Part shown: piece after piece, positions 10,182-20,586 of the stretch
Layout of the letters: every line of letters begins with the position of its first letter
How positions within the stretch are numbered: position 1 is the stretch's first letter
Origin: an uncultured Planctomycetaceae bacterium
GTDB taxonomy: Bacteria > Planctomycetota > Planctomycetia > Planctomycetales > Planctomycetaceae
Reading direction: 5' to 3'
Assembly (NCBI GenBank): GCA_963815195.1
Contig: CAWFGE010000022.1
Location: 256,001 to 320,000 of the forward strand
Length of the DNA stretch: 64,000 nt
Made by a program: the position numbers and the translations under genes
Notes under the pieces: model-generated
Seen by the model: the letters and a program-made list of their open reading frames with translations, nothing else
What the model was told of the DNA's origin: nothing
Databases searched by the model: none

Positions 10182-12894
10182 TCACCGCCGCTCAACAATA
10201 CCGGAAAGTTGGGATTTCGCGGAACGCTTACGGTTCCCCAAGCAGTGAAATGTGCCGCGGCCGATCAGTGCGCGGGGCGTTTGGATCTCGATGAGCTTGC
10301 CCCGACCGGGCGGACTGTGTTGGGCGGAATCCAACAGCAGATTTCCCTCCACTTGCACGCGAATGGGGGATGGGAATGTGTGAATGGGTGTCAGCCGCGA
10401 AAGCACGAACCAGTTCGCTTCCCTCCGCCCCGCGATATTTCAAACCGAACAGGTGCGCCGCCGGCTGCCAAATTGTGGAGAGACGCTCGGGTTCCAAAAT
10501 CTCCTGCTCGAGCCATTCCTTCCGAAGTTTGAGGAGCGACCGATACCAGCCGCGCATCGTGGGGTCGTCGCTGCCGGCGAGCTTGGATTCCTGAAAGGCC
10601 CGCTCGTCCGTCGGCGAGATCGCCCCGGACCATTCGTGGTGCGGATATTCGTTGGCCCGGCCTTGATCCACGGCCCGGCGGAGATGCTCATCTTCAAAGT
10701 CCGCAAAAAACCGAAACGGCGAAGCCTCGGCGTGCTCCTCGCCCATGAACAACAGCGGAATCGCGGGGTAGAGCAAAATCAAAGCGGCCGCCGCTTTCTG
10801 GTGCGCGGGCGAAGTCAATTGATGCACCCGCAAACCATGCGGATGGTTGCCGACGTTGTCATGATTTTGAAGCGCAATCACAAAGTCGGAGCGAAAGGCA
10901 TTCACCGGGTCGGACGGCCTGTTTGATCGCAGCTCATCATTCATCCGCCGCTCGGGCGGGCCTTCGTAGAGAAAGCCGTGCCGGAGCGACTCCGCCAGAT
11001 CCCCAGGACCGGTGTAGTCGCGGTGCGTGACGTGGACTCCCGGCGCGATCGCCGCGTAAATCGAATGCATAATATCATCGCACCAGAGGGCATCGTACGC
11101 CGGCCTGTTCTGTTCCGGCGGGAGCAGGACGGGATCGTAAATATTGGCCTCGGCGATCAGATGCATCTGCCGGCGGGTGTCCTTTTTGAATTCGGCGACG
11201 GCCGCGCGAATGTCTTCCAGCACATGGACCGGGCTGTCGTCGGCCATCGAGTGCACCGCATCGAGCCGGAGCCCGTCCAGATGATATTCCCGCAGCCAGT
11301 AGAGGGCGTTCTCGACAACGAACCGCCGCACGTGGGCCGCTTCGGAGCCATCAAAATCGAAGGCTTCGCCCCAGGGCGTGTGATGTTTGGGGGAATAATA
11401 CGGAGCAAACTTCGCCCAGTAATTGCCCTCCGGCCCGACGTGGTTGTAAACGACATCCAGAATTACCGCGAGGCCTCTTGCGTGGCAGGCGTCGATGAAG
11501 GCTTTGAAGTCGTCCGGGTTGCCGTAGGTGTTTCGCACCGCGAACAAATCCACGCCGTCGTAGCCCCAATTCCACCGGCCCGGCGTCTGCACGACCGGCA
11601 TGACCTCGACCGCCGTGATGCCCAGTTCCGTGAGTTCGTCCAACTTTTCAATCGCCGCGAGAAAAGTTCCCTCGGGCGTGAATGCGCCGATGTGAAGTTC
11701 ATAAATCACCAAGTCCCGTTTGCGGACGCCTTCCCAATGTTGATCGGTCCAGGGAAAGCTGCGGGGATCGATGACCTGCGACTCGCCGTGCACGCCGTGC
11801 GGCTGAAACCGGGACACGGGATCGGGCAGCAGCATTCCGCCGTCGAGCCGATAGCGATACAAATCGCCGGGACTGACATCATCGATGATCCCGGCGAAAT
11901 AGCCGTCCGCTTCGCGGGCGAGTGCATAAGACCGCGTGCCGATGTCGTTCTGGATCTCGACTTCAAGCGATTCATGCTGCGGCGCCCAGACGCGAAAATG
12001 GGTGCGGTGGAAATCCAGAGGATTCGCGCCCACGGGCAGCGGCAGGTTTTCGAGCATTTCCATTCGGGCGTCCCGAAATAAGCGGAACCGCAAACAGCCT
12101 TCCAACAGCCCGCTGGTCGCCGGGGCGCCCGCGACGACCAGCCGGTTCTCCCAGCCGCGTTCTTTGTGATGATGATACGCTTCGAGCGCGACGTTTCGAT
12201 CCGCGTTGGCGACGACGATCGCGCGGAACCCCGCCGTGAGCGCGGCCGTGTCGTTTCCGGAATCCCCCGCAAAGACGATCGACCGCCGTTCGTACTTCGC
12301 GAACTCGCACCACCACTTGAGCGCGTAGGCTTTGGAAACCTGCCGGGGCAAAAAGTCGATCAGCCCGTCGCCGTCGTAAGGATCGATGCTGGCGATCAGC
12401 GAATAGGGCGCATCGTGTGTTTCGAGACGATGTTCGAGTTCCGCCACCAATGGTTTCAGCCGCCCGGCGTCGGCGTAATAACTCAATTTGAACCGGCCCT
12501 GCTTTTCCTCTTCTTGGAGCCGGAGTTCCGGCAGATCGCGGAGGCTCTCTCGCAAGTCGGCGATCGGAAACGCGGCGATCAATGTCTCCAGATGTTCGCC
12601 ATACGCGGCGACTTCTTGCGGTTGGCCTTGTTGGTCCAGTTGATAAATCGTCGTGCCCACGTCGCAGATGATCCAATCGGGCCGGGGCAAATCGTGCTCG
12701 CTCCGCGCATGTTGAACCGAGGCCAAATGCCGGCCCGTGACGTAGGTCAAGGTCACCCTATGGCTGCGGACGAGTTCCGCCAGCCGCTGGAGATCGGTGC
12801 GGTTCTGCGGATGCTCCGCGAGGGGGATCAAGGTGCCGTCGAGATCGGTGGCCAGGACGAGATCTGAAAAATTGGGTCGAAGATTGCGGCTCAT
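10182..12894 (-). CDS. treZ: Fusion of HAD-IIB (sucrose-phosphatase-like) phosphatase and malto-oligosyltrehalose trehalohydrolase (GH13); probable frameshift near 10400
   Basis: N-terminal ATDLDGTL / VTGR / SKA / GDSGND HAD motifs; then FRVWAP, PDPVSRFQPHGVHG, WGYDGV, GLRLDAVH, LIAEA and NHDNVGN, all in one reading frame. Confidence 0.85.
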
Positions 12895-13263
12895 GTTGTT
12901 ATGGTGGTCTATACATACGGGTTTGTCATTGAACAAACGTTGCAGTTGGCCGGTGGAGACCGGCCAACTTTCCCAGACGTTCGCCCATGACCCGGGCATT
13001 CGTCAAGACCGATCGAGGTGGGAATTTCTGCAAAAGTCGTCTGCGAACGCAAAAGAACGGACGATTTTTGACCGAAAACGAAAGGGCAGCATCCGCCGGC
13101 GAGCGATCCAGGGACGGAAACATCCTCGCATCGAGAGCTAATGCGAAATCATCACCCGCTCCATCGAGATTTTTCCTCCGCCCGCCTGGTTTTGCTTCTG
13201 CCAGTGCCCGGGAACTTTGGCCCTGTGGATCTTACGTCCCACGCTCGCCCGCGTTCCCCAAAA

Positions 13264-13303
13264 ATCATGGGGCTGACGCCCGGGCTGACGCCCCACGCTC
13301 GCC
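13264..13303. repeat. REP-like element, ATCATGGGGCTNACGCCCCACGCTCGCC family (internally duplicated copy)
   Basis: Near-identical copies at 19768, 53831 (reverse), 59358 and 62533 (reverse). Confidence 0.85.
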
Positions 13304-13358
13304 TTGATCCCCCTGTTCTTGAAAACATCCCCAAGCCTTCGTTCCCTGGAGGGAATTC

Positions 13359-15505
13359 ATGAAAGCCGATGATTTGAAAATCACGTTGATCAGTCTGCAC
13401 GGGTTGATTCGGGCGGGCGAACCGGAACTGGGCCGCGATGCCGACACCGGCGGGCAGGTGAAATATGTGCTGGAACTCGCGGCGGAACTCAGCCGGCATC
13501 CGCAGGTGTCGCAGGTGGAATTGTTGACCCGCCAGATTTTCGACGACCGCGTGGGGCCGGATTACGCCCAACTCGAAGAACCCATCACCGAGAACGCCCG
13601 GATCGTGCGGATCCCCTTCGGGCCGAAACGCTATCTCCGCAAAGAAGCCCTGTGGCCTTACATCGAAGTGTTTATCGATCAGACGCTCAGCTACTTCAAA
13701 CGCCACGGCCTGCCGGACATCATTCACGGGCATTATGCCGATGCGGGCCTTGCTGGGGCACAGCTGGCTCGGCTGCTCCATGTACCTTACATTTTCACCG
13801 GGCATTCGCTGGGGCGGGTCAAGCGGGAACGCCTGTCGCACGGCAAAAAGAGCGAAGCCGAGTTGGAAAAGCATTACCGCTTCAGCCGGCGGATCGAAGC
13901 CGAGGAAATCGCCCTCGAAACCGCCGCGATGGTCGTCACCAGCACGAATCAGGAAGTGGAAAAGCAGTATGCGATCTACGAGCATTATGTGCCGGACCGG
14001 ATGGAGGTCATTCCGCCGGGGGTCGATCTGTCGGCGTTTCGTCCGCCGGAAAGCGAGGAGAAGCCGCCCATCTATAAGGAGTTGAAGCGGTTTTTGAACG
14101 AGCCGGACAAGCCGATGATTCTCACGATGGCCCGGCCGGACGAACGCAAGAACCTGGAAATGCTGGTTCGCGTGTTCGGCGAAAGCGAAGAGCTGCAGGG
14201 AGCGGGCCAACCTGGTGATGCTCATGGGCTGCCGGGATGATCTCCGCGAGATGGCCGCCAGCCAGCGGCGGGTGCTCAAGCACGTGTTGACCTTGATCGA
14301 CCTGTATGATCTCTACGGAAAAATCGCGTATCCCAAGCATCACCAAACCGATGACGTTCCCGACCTGTATCGCCTGGCCCATACCACGCGCGGCGTGTTC
14401 ATCAACCCGGCACTTACGGAGCCGTTTGGATTGACGCTGTTGGAAGCGGCCGGCAGCGGGGTGCCGATCGTCGCCACCAACGACGGCGGCCCCCGAGACA
14501 TCATCGCCAACTGCCAGAACGGTTTGCTCGTGGATCCGCTCGATCCGGAGGAAATCGAGCAGGCGCTCTTACGGGTGTTGACCGAGCCGGAGCAGTGGGA
14601 AGCCTGGTCGGAATGCGGACTGGCCGGCACGCACGAGCATTATTCCTGGAAGCGGCATGCCGACCGCTACCTGCGGGATGTGACCGACATCCTCGAACAC
14701 TCCGCCACGCCCGTGCTCGCCGCCACCGGCAAACCCCGCCGGTTGCCCGAGTTCGATCGGCTGATCATCACCGACCTCGACAACACGCTCACCGGCGACG
14801 AGCGGGCCCTCGCGGAGTTCTGCGAAATCATTCGCGGCTCCGAGCAGGTCGGCTTCGGCATCGCCACCGGGCGAAGCCTCGAAAACGCGCTCGAGCTAAT
14901 CCACGAACTCAATCTGCCCATGCCCGACCTCTTGGAAACCGCCGTGCGGCACCGAACTGTATTACGGCGAGAAGCTCACGCCGGACCGCAGTTGGCGGAA
15001 GCAGATCGACTATCATTGGAAGCCGGCGGAGATGCGGGAACTGCTCGACACGCAGGAGGGCTTTTATCCGCAAGCCGAGAACGAGCAGTCGGAGTTCAAG
15101 ATCAGTTACGAGTTGGATATGTCGGTCACGCCGAACATCCAGCAAATCCGCCGCATGCTGCGCGAAGCGGGGATTCGGGCGAATGTCGTGTTTTCGTTGG
15201 GGATGTATCTGGATATTATTCCCGTGCGGGCGGGAAGCGACCTGTCGATGCGGCACTTGTTGTACAAGTGGGGGTTTGCGCCGGAGCAGGTTCTCGTCGC
15301 CGGGGATTCCGGAAATGATGAAGGGATGCTCAAGGGCCGCACGCTGGGCGTGGTGGTCGGCAATTACAGCGAGGAACTGGAGAAACTCCGCTCGTGGCCC
15401 CGCATTTATTTTGCCGAGGCTCCGCACGCCAAGGGCATCATGGAAGGCATCGAATACTATCACTTTCTGGACCACATCCTAATTCCCAATGATCGGACCG
15501 AATAG
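13359..15505 (+). CDS. sps: Sucrose-phosphate synthase, GT4 domain plus C-terminal HAD phosphatase (frameshifts near 14200 and 14947)
   Basis: [67 protein letters not shown] domain [14 protein letters not shown]. Confidence 0.9.
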
Positions 15506-17485
15506 ACCCAGCCGCAATGGCCCGCCGTCGGATCTCCGATTTTGAAGCCGAGCTGTCTCTCTCCCGCCTGTGCCCGCGGCTGGACGCGTCTGGGCGGAGA
15601 CGGCCGCGACGCGCGACGTCATCCACCGCTTCGAGCACCGCCTCGGGCACCAGTGGCCCAGCTGTTTCGGCTGTTGTTTCAGCTTTACGGATCGCGGTAC
15701 GACTTCTTCTATCACCTCGAGCAAATCCTTTTGACCGCGGCCCGGAGTTGGGCGCAGCGGCCCGAACCGACTCAAAACGCTCGACGAGCACCGCGTCAAC
15801 GAGCCGACGTGGTTCGAGTCGGAGAAACTGGTCGGCGGGGCGCTCTATGTCGATCTGTTCAGCGAGAACCTCGGCCGACTGCGGGAGCACGATCCCCTAC
15901 TTCCAGAACCTGGGGCTGACGTATCTGCACCTGATGCCCCTGTTCGCCGTCCGGCCGGGCGACAACGACGGCGGCTATGCCATCAGCAACTATCGCTCGG
16001 TCGATCCCCGCCTGGGCACGATCGACGACCTGCGGCTGCTCGCCGAGCGAACTGCACGAAGCCGGCATCAGTTTGGTGCTCGACTTCGTGTTCAACCACA
16101 CCTCCGACGATCACGAATGGGCCCAAAAAGCCCAAGCCGGCAACCGCGAATACCAGCAGTATCTATTACATCTTCCCCGACCGCACGCTCCCCGACCAGT
16201 ACGAGCGGACGCTGCGGGAGATCTTTCCCACCGTTCGCCGGGGCAACTTCACGTGGCACGACGGGATGCAGCGGTGGGTCTGGACGACCTTCAACAGCTT
16301 TCAGTGGGATTTGAACTACCACAACCCGGCCGTCTTCCGCGCCATGCTGGAGGAGATGCTGTTTCTGGCGAACACGGGTGTCGACATTCTCCGGCTCGAT
16401 GCGGTCGCCTTCATCTGGAAACAGATGGGCACCGGCTGCGAGAACCTCCCCGAAGCGCACACATGGATCAAGGCGTTCAACACGCTCGGAAGCATCGCGG
16501 CTCCGGGACTGGTGTTCAAGTCCGAAGCGATCGTCCATCCGGACGAAGTCGTCAGATACATCAGCCGAGGACGAATGCCAGATCTCCTACAATCCGACAC
16601 TGATGGCCTTGCTGTGGGAGTCGCTCGCGACGCGGGAAGTCCGGCTGCTCACCAAATCGCTCAGCCATCGGCACAAGCTGCCCCAAGAACACGACTTGGG
16701 TGAATTACCTCCGCTGCCACGATGATATCGGCTGGACCTTCGACGATCAGGACGCGGCGGCAATCGGCATCAACGCCTACGATCATCGGCAGTTTCTCAA
16801 TGCGTTTTACACCGGGCAGTTTCCCGGTTCGTTCGCGCGGGGCGTCCCGTTTCAGCACAATCCGCAAACCGGCGACATGCGGATCTCCGGGACGATGGCG
16901 TCGCTCGCCGGGCTGGAGCAGGCGATCGAAGAGGATGACCCCGAATTTGTCGAAATGGCCATCCGCCGGATTCTGCTGCTCCACGGGGTGACGCTGAGCA
17001 TCGGCGGGATTCCGCTGCTGTACCTCGGCGAAGAATGGGGCATGCTTAACGATTACGACTTTGTGAAAGACCCCGCCAAAGCCGGCGACACCCGCTGGAT
17101 TCACCGCCCCAAAATGAAATGGGAATACCTGGAGGAATTGAAAACGCAGACGGCGACCGCGACCGGCAGCATCCACGCGCGGATTTTTCAGTCCATCCGT
17201 GACCTGATTTTGCTCAGAGAAAGCCTGCCCGCCCTCGCCGGCCAGGACATGCAGCTGATCTCCTTGGGCAACACGCACGTGCTGGGGTTCCTCCGCGCGT
17301 CGGAAGGCAACCGCCTCGTGGTGCTGGCGAACTTTTCCGACGCCCCGCAATCGATCCAAGGCAACACGATCCGCACCGCCGGCTTGGGCCGATTCTTCCA
17401 GGATGTGCAGACCGAAAAAACCTACGCCACCTCGGAGAGCATCGACTTGGAGCCTTATCAACTCCTCTGGCTCCAACGGGTGTGA
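15489..17485 (+). CDS. Amylosucrase (GH13), several frameshifts; start approximate
   Basis: [92 protein letters not shown] and RWIHRP, spread over successive frames. Confidence 0.9.
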
Positions 17486-17514
17486 GCTTTCAGAGTTGCG
17501 CCATTGTCGCAAGT

Positions 17515-17541
17515 ATTAGCCGCAGGGCGCTAGCCCCGGTT
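17515..17541. repeat. REP-like palindrome, GGCGCTAGCC family
   Basis: ATTAGCCGCAGGGCGCTAGCCCCGGTT; its first 15 nt recur exactly as the reverse complement at 18128..18142. Confidence 0.75.
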
Positions 17542-17611
17542 TGCGGAAACGGACAGATATTCTTTGCGCGACGCGTGCGGCTCGACAAAACTTGAAACAT
17601 TAAACCTGAAA

Positions 17612-18019
17612 CTACTGAGATCGTTGCACCAGAAAACTGCGGTCGCCGCGGGTGACGTAGATGGCGTCTTCTTGAATCCGGCCGCAGGTTTCGACGAGGA
17701 ATTGGATCAGCCGCTCGAAGTCGGGTTCGTTTTCAAAAGAGACCTCGAACCGCTCCATCACATCGTGCACGAGCTGTCCGGCGGGATCCATCCAGCAGCC
17801 CTTCACGGGCGTGGGCGTTTGCGTGTAAGCCCGGAAATGCAGGATCAAGAACTCATGAATCGCCGCCCGCGCGGTCTGGGCCAGGCTCGTCCCCGGACCG
17901 CCGGCCGCGTTCTGGGGTTCGTCGTTGCGAAAATACTTGGGGTCGTCGAGCTTGTGGGACGGGATATAAAACACCGTCATCTTGCCCAGCTCATAAACGT
18001 GGGAATGAGGTTCATTCAT
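17612..18019 (-). CDS. Hypothetical 135-aa protein, possible PII/DUF3574/SAM-lyase-like fold
   Basis: Globular alpha/beta pattern with F.AYT...VKGCW...HD...FEVSF...QEDAIYV; fold call is by eye only. Confidence 0.7.
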   Translation of the reverse strand: MNEPHSHVYELGKMTVFYIPSHKLDDPKYFRNDEPQNAAGGPGTSLAQTARAAIHEFLILHFRAYTQTPTPVKGCWMDPAGQLVHDVMERFEVSFENEPDFERLIQFLVETCGRIQEDAIYVTRGDRSFLVQRSQ

Positions 18020-18083
18020 GGTGCTCGCCTTCGATTGCCTCGCGGTCCCGCTCAAGGAACGATAGCTGCCCGGAATGGATTTT

Positions 18084-18222
18084 ACCACCAAGGCACGAAG
18101 GGTCGCGGATCTGCGAGCGGGGAACCTCGCCCTGCGGCTAATCAATGCGAGAACCAACTCGATCATCGGGCGGAAGGCGCTCGCGTCCGCTTCGCCCTGG
18201 ATTTCCTTCGTGTCTTCGTGGT
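18084..18222. repeat. Inverted CACGAAG-type arms enclosing a REP half
   Basis: ACCACCAAGGCACGAAGG (18084..18101) vs CCTTCGTGTCTTCGTGGT (18205..18222), 16/18 inverted match. Confidence 0.6.
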
Positions 18223-18241
18223 TTCCATGTTTCGGGCGCAT

Positions 18242-18277
18242 AAAAAAACCGCCCGGGCGATCTTGCGGGGCGGTTTT
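18242..18277 (-). terminator. Rho-independent terminator
   Basis: Stem AAAACCGCCC / GGGCGGTTTT ending in a 7-T run on the minus strand, downstream of the 59-aa ORF. Confidence 0.75.
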
Positions 18278-18335
18278 GTCGTGTTGCGTGTTGTCGAGGA
18301 AGACTGTCCCGAGTGCTTTAAGTCAGGCCAGGGCG

Positions 18336-18515
18336 TCAGGCTTGCTCGCGGTCTTTTTTGACCATCTCGTCGAGGATGATCGGGTGCCAATCGCGGGAGC
18401 GTTTGGAGGCGGGGGCGTAATTCTTGCGGGCCCAGGTGCGGAGCCGCATTTCGTCGATGGGGTCAATGTCGCTCATTTCTTCGGCAGGGTTGGCGGTGGC
18501 CACAGCGGTGTTCAT
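18336..18515 (-). CDS. 59-aa small protein, absent from the ORF track
   Basis: MNTAVATANPAEEMSDIDPIDEMRLRTWARKNYAPASKRSRDWHPIILDEMVKKDREQA; GAGGAGAGAGG RBS, GC3-rich codons, own terminator. Confidence 0.85.
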   Translation of the reverse strand: MNTAVATANPAEEMSDIDPIDEMRLRTWARKNYAPASKRSRDWHPIILDEMVKKDREQA

Positions 18516-19040
18516 ACCCGGTACCTCTCTCCTCGTTTTTTCAACAAGACATCAAATTGACAAAGATCCGACCGTCGTTTCAATACGAGTTGATAGACGA
18601 TCATCGCCCTCAACGAATGAGGTTGGAAGAAACATAACAACGTATCGGCCATTTCCGCAAGGGAATTGGCGAGAATTTTAGCAATTTTTCCCGGGAAAGC
18701 GGCCTCCCGCTTGGAAAGTTGGTCGGAATCATTTCAAACAGCCGGGCCGAATGGGAATTTTCGGGTTTTTGGCTCAAGTTTTCCGGTTGGGAAAAGTCTT
18801 TGGAAATCTCGGGGAATTCGCCTATCAAGACTCCGGGGATTTTGATATTTTTTTCTTCACATCGTGGCGTTGGCCCGCCAAGGCCGCGAGCAAACATTTC
18901 ACCAATCCCCTCTCAATAACGGTTCATCATTTGGAAGGAACGCGCTCGGGGTGCGTGCCGCATTTCAAATCACGTGGGGCGATCGATCGCGGGGAACAAG
19001 ACCCTCGCCCTGGAAACGAGCAACCGGCAAGGAGGCCACT

Positions 19041-19577
19041 GTGACGTTCGGGAATACACAACAGCAAGATCTCAAAGTTCAAATTCGCTGGCTCATCCGG
19101 CGGGACATGCCCGAAGTCTTGGACATCGAACGCTCCAGCTTCGAATTCGCCTGGACCGAAGAAGATTTCCTCTGCTGTCTTCGGCAGCGAAACTGCATCG
19201 GCATGGTCGCCGAGGCCGCCGGCGAAATCGTCGGCTTCATGATCTATGAACTCCACAAGGACAAACTCCGGATTCTGAATTTTGCCGTGGGGACGCACGT
19301 CCGCCGGCAGGGCGTCGGGGCCCAGATGGTCCGGCGGCTGATCGACAAGCTTTCGCAGCAGCGCCGCAAGGAAATCGTCCTGGACGTGCGGGAAAGCAAC
19401 CTCGCGGCCCAATTGTTCTACCGCAACCAGGGCTTCCGGGCCGTCGGTGTTTTGCGGAATTACTACGAAGACACCGCCGAGGACGCCTACAGCATGCAGT
19501 ACGTGCTGAATCCGCAGGACGACATCTACTCGCCGTTCTCGCCCAAAAACCGCATCTCGGAATACGATGCCGCCTGA
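19041..19577 (+). CDS. rimI: Ribosomal-protein-alanine N-acetyltransferase (GNAT)
   Basis: IE..SFEFAW, ILNFAV..RRQGVG, LDVRESNLAAQLFY..GF..LRNYY..EDA; AAGGAGG RBS before GTG. Confidence 0.9.
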   Translation: MTFGNTQQQDLKVQIRWLIRRDMPEVLDIERSSFEFAWTEEDFLCCLRQRNCIGMVAEAAGEIVGFMIYELHKDKLRILNFAVGTHVRRQGVGAQMVRRLIDKLSQQRRKEIVLDVRESNLAAQLFYRNQGFRAVGVLRNYYEDTAEDAYSMQYVLNPQDDIYSPFSPKNRISEYDAA

Positions 19578-19616
19578 ACAAAAAGCCGTCCCCCTGTCCG
19601 CAACACGTTTTCTTTC

Positions 19617-19657
19617 AAAACCCGGCTCTTCGCCGTTGCGAGGAACTGGGTTTTTTT
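19617..19657 (+). terminator. Rho-independent terminator after rimI
   Basis: AAAACCCGG..TTCGC / GCGAG..CTGGGTTTTTTT hairpin with a 7-T tail. Confidence 0.7.
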
Positions 19658-19767
19658 GTGTCACCAAGGGGAGCGGCCGGCGTTAGCCGGCTGATCACTC
19701 ACGTACGCTCGATCTCGATTCTTATCGCGACCTTATTGCAACCGGCGCTTGAATGACGTTCGATGCA

Positions 19768-19807
19768 ATCATGGGGCTTACGCCCGGGCTTACGCCCCAC
19801 GCTCGCC
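19768..19807. repeat. REP-like element, ATCATGGGGCT family (internally duplicated copy)
   Basis: ATCATGGGGCTTACGCCCGGGCTTACGCCCCACGCTCGCC, matching 13264..13303 except at two positions. Confidence 0.85.
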
Positions 19808-19826
19808 TTTCACGCACGCTCGCCGG

Positions 19827-20327
19827 TCACGCATAAGGCAGTTCGTCGAGGATCTGCGTTTCGGGAAGGGGCGATCGGGTGCGGCCCAGGAACTTGCCGC
19901 CGCTGTGGTAGATGCCGGACCGCGTGAATCGGCACCAGCTCAATTTCAGGATCACGGCGTCCCGCAAGTTTTCCTCGAACGCGAAGGTCACGATCGCCCG
20001 CCGGCAGGCCAGCGGATCGAGATGGGTGAAAGAAAACCCGGCGGGCGAGATGTCCCGGCCCGAAATGATTTTGTGCTGGCCCAATGGTTCGCCGGTGTGG
20101 TCGTCTAAAGGTGTGAGCACGGCCGGGCGGTCGTATGTGGTCCGCTGGCAGCGGCGCTGCTCGGCGACGGCGGAGGGAGCATGCCACGAAGCCACCAGGC
20201 GGTCCACGAGTCGCGAGATTTCCGCAAGTCCCGGCGGGGAAGTCTGGTCCGGTGCTTGCATTCTGGCCGACGCGACGTCGGCGGGCGGAGTCGCGCTTAA
20301 CAGACCGGCAGCGGCGGATGGGTGCAT
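19827..20327 (-). CDS. Stand-alone PilZ-domain protein
   Basis: QRRCQR (RxxxR) and RDISPAGF (DxSxxG) c-di-GMP motifs, C-terminal WCR...GGKF strand. Confidence 0.7.
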   Translation of the reverse strand: MHPSAAAGLLSATPPADVASARMQAPDQTSPPGLAEISRLVDRLVASWHAPSAVAEQRRCQRTTYDRPAVLTPLDDHTGEPLGQHKIISGRDISPAGFSFTHLDPLACRRAIVTFAFEENLRDAVILKLSWCRFTRSGIYHSGGKFLGRTRSPLPETQILDELPYA

Positions 20328-20586
20328 GTCGTGAAGTCCCCTCGAAGAATAGCCCGAAAAACCGCCGAGGGCTCCGGCGGTATAGAATCTCATCGTGAGA
20401 GGGGCGCACGATTTACTGACAAAAACCTAGCCCACACTTGGCTGGGGGTCAAACTGATTTTGTCCCTGGGTTTTTTGTCCGTAGATGTCTGTACCGGAGG
20501 GAACCCTTGAAATTTGTCGCCGTCGCGGAGAATCTAAACCCCTAAAGACCCATCATTTCCATTCGTGATCCAAGGAGAACGACTTT

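Noticed and set aside
14190..16700. Programmed ribosomal frameshifting or phase variation in sps/amylosucrase
   Set aside because: No slippery heptamers or long repeat tracts at the shift sites, and similar indels occur across the whole window.
18641..18680. Sigma-28-like promoter (GCCGATA on the minus strand; also near 39840)
   Set aside because: No TAAA -35 element at the required spacing.
20414..20483. Imperfect inverted repeat between the PilZ gene and the Lys-rich small gene
   Set aside because: Short, mismatched and single-copy; could be an operator but cannot be supported.
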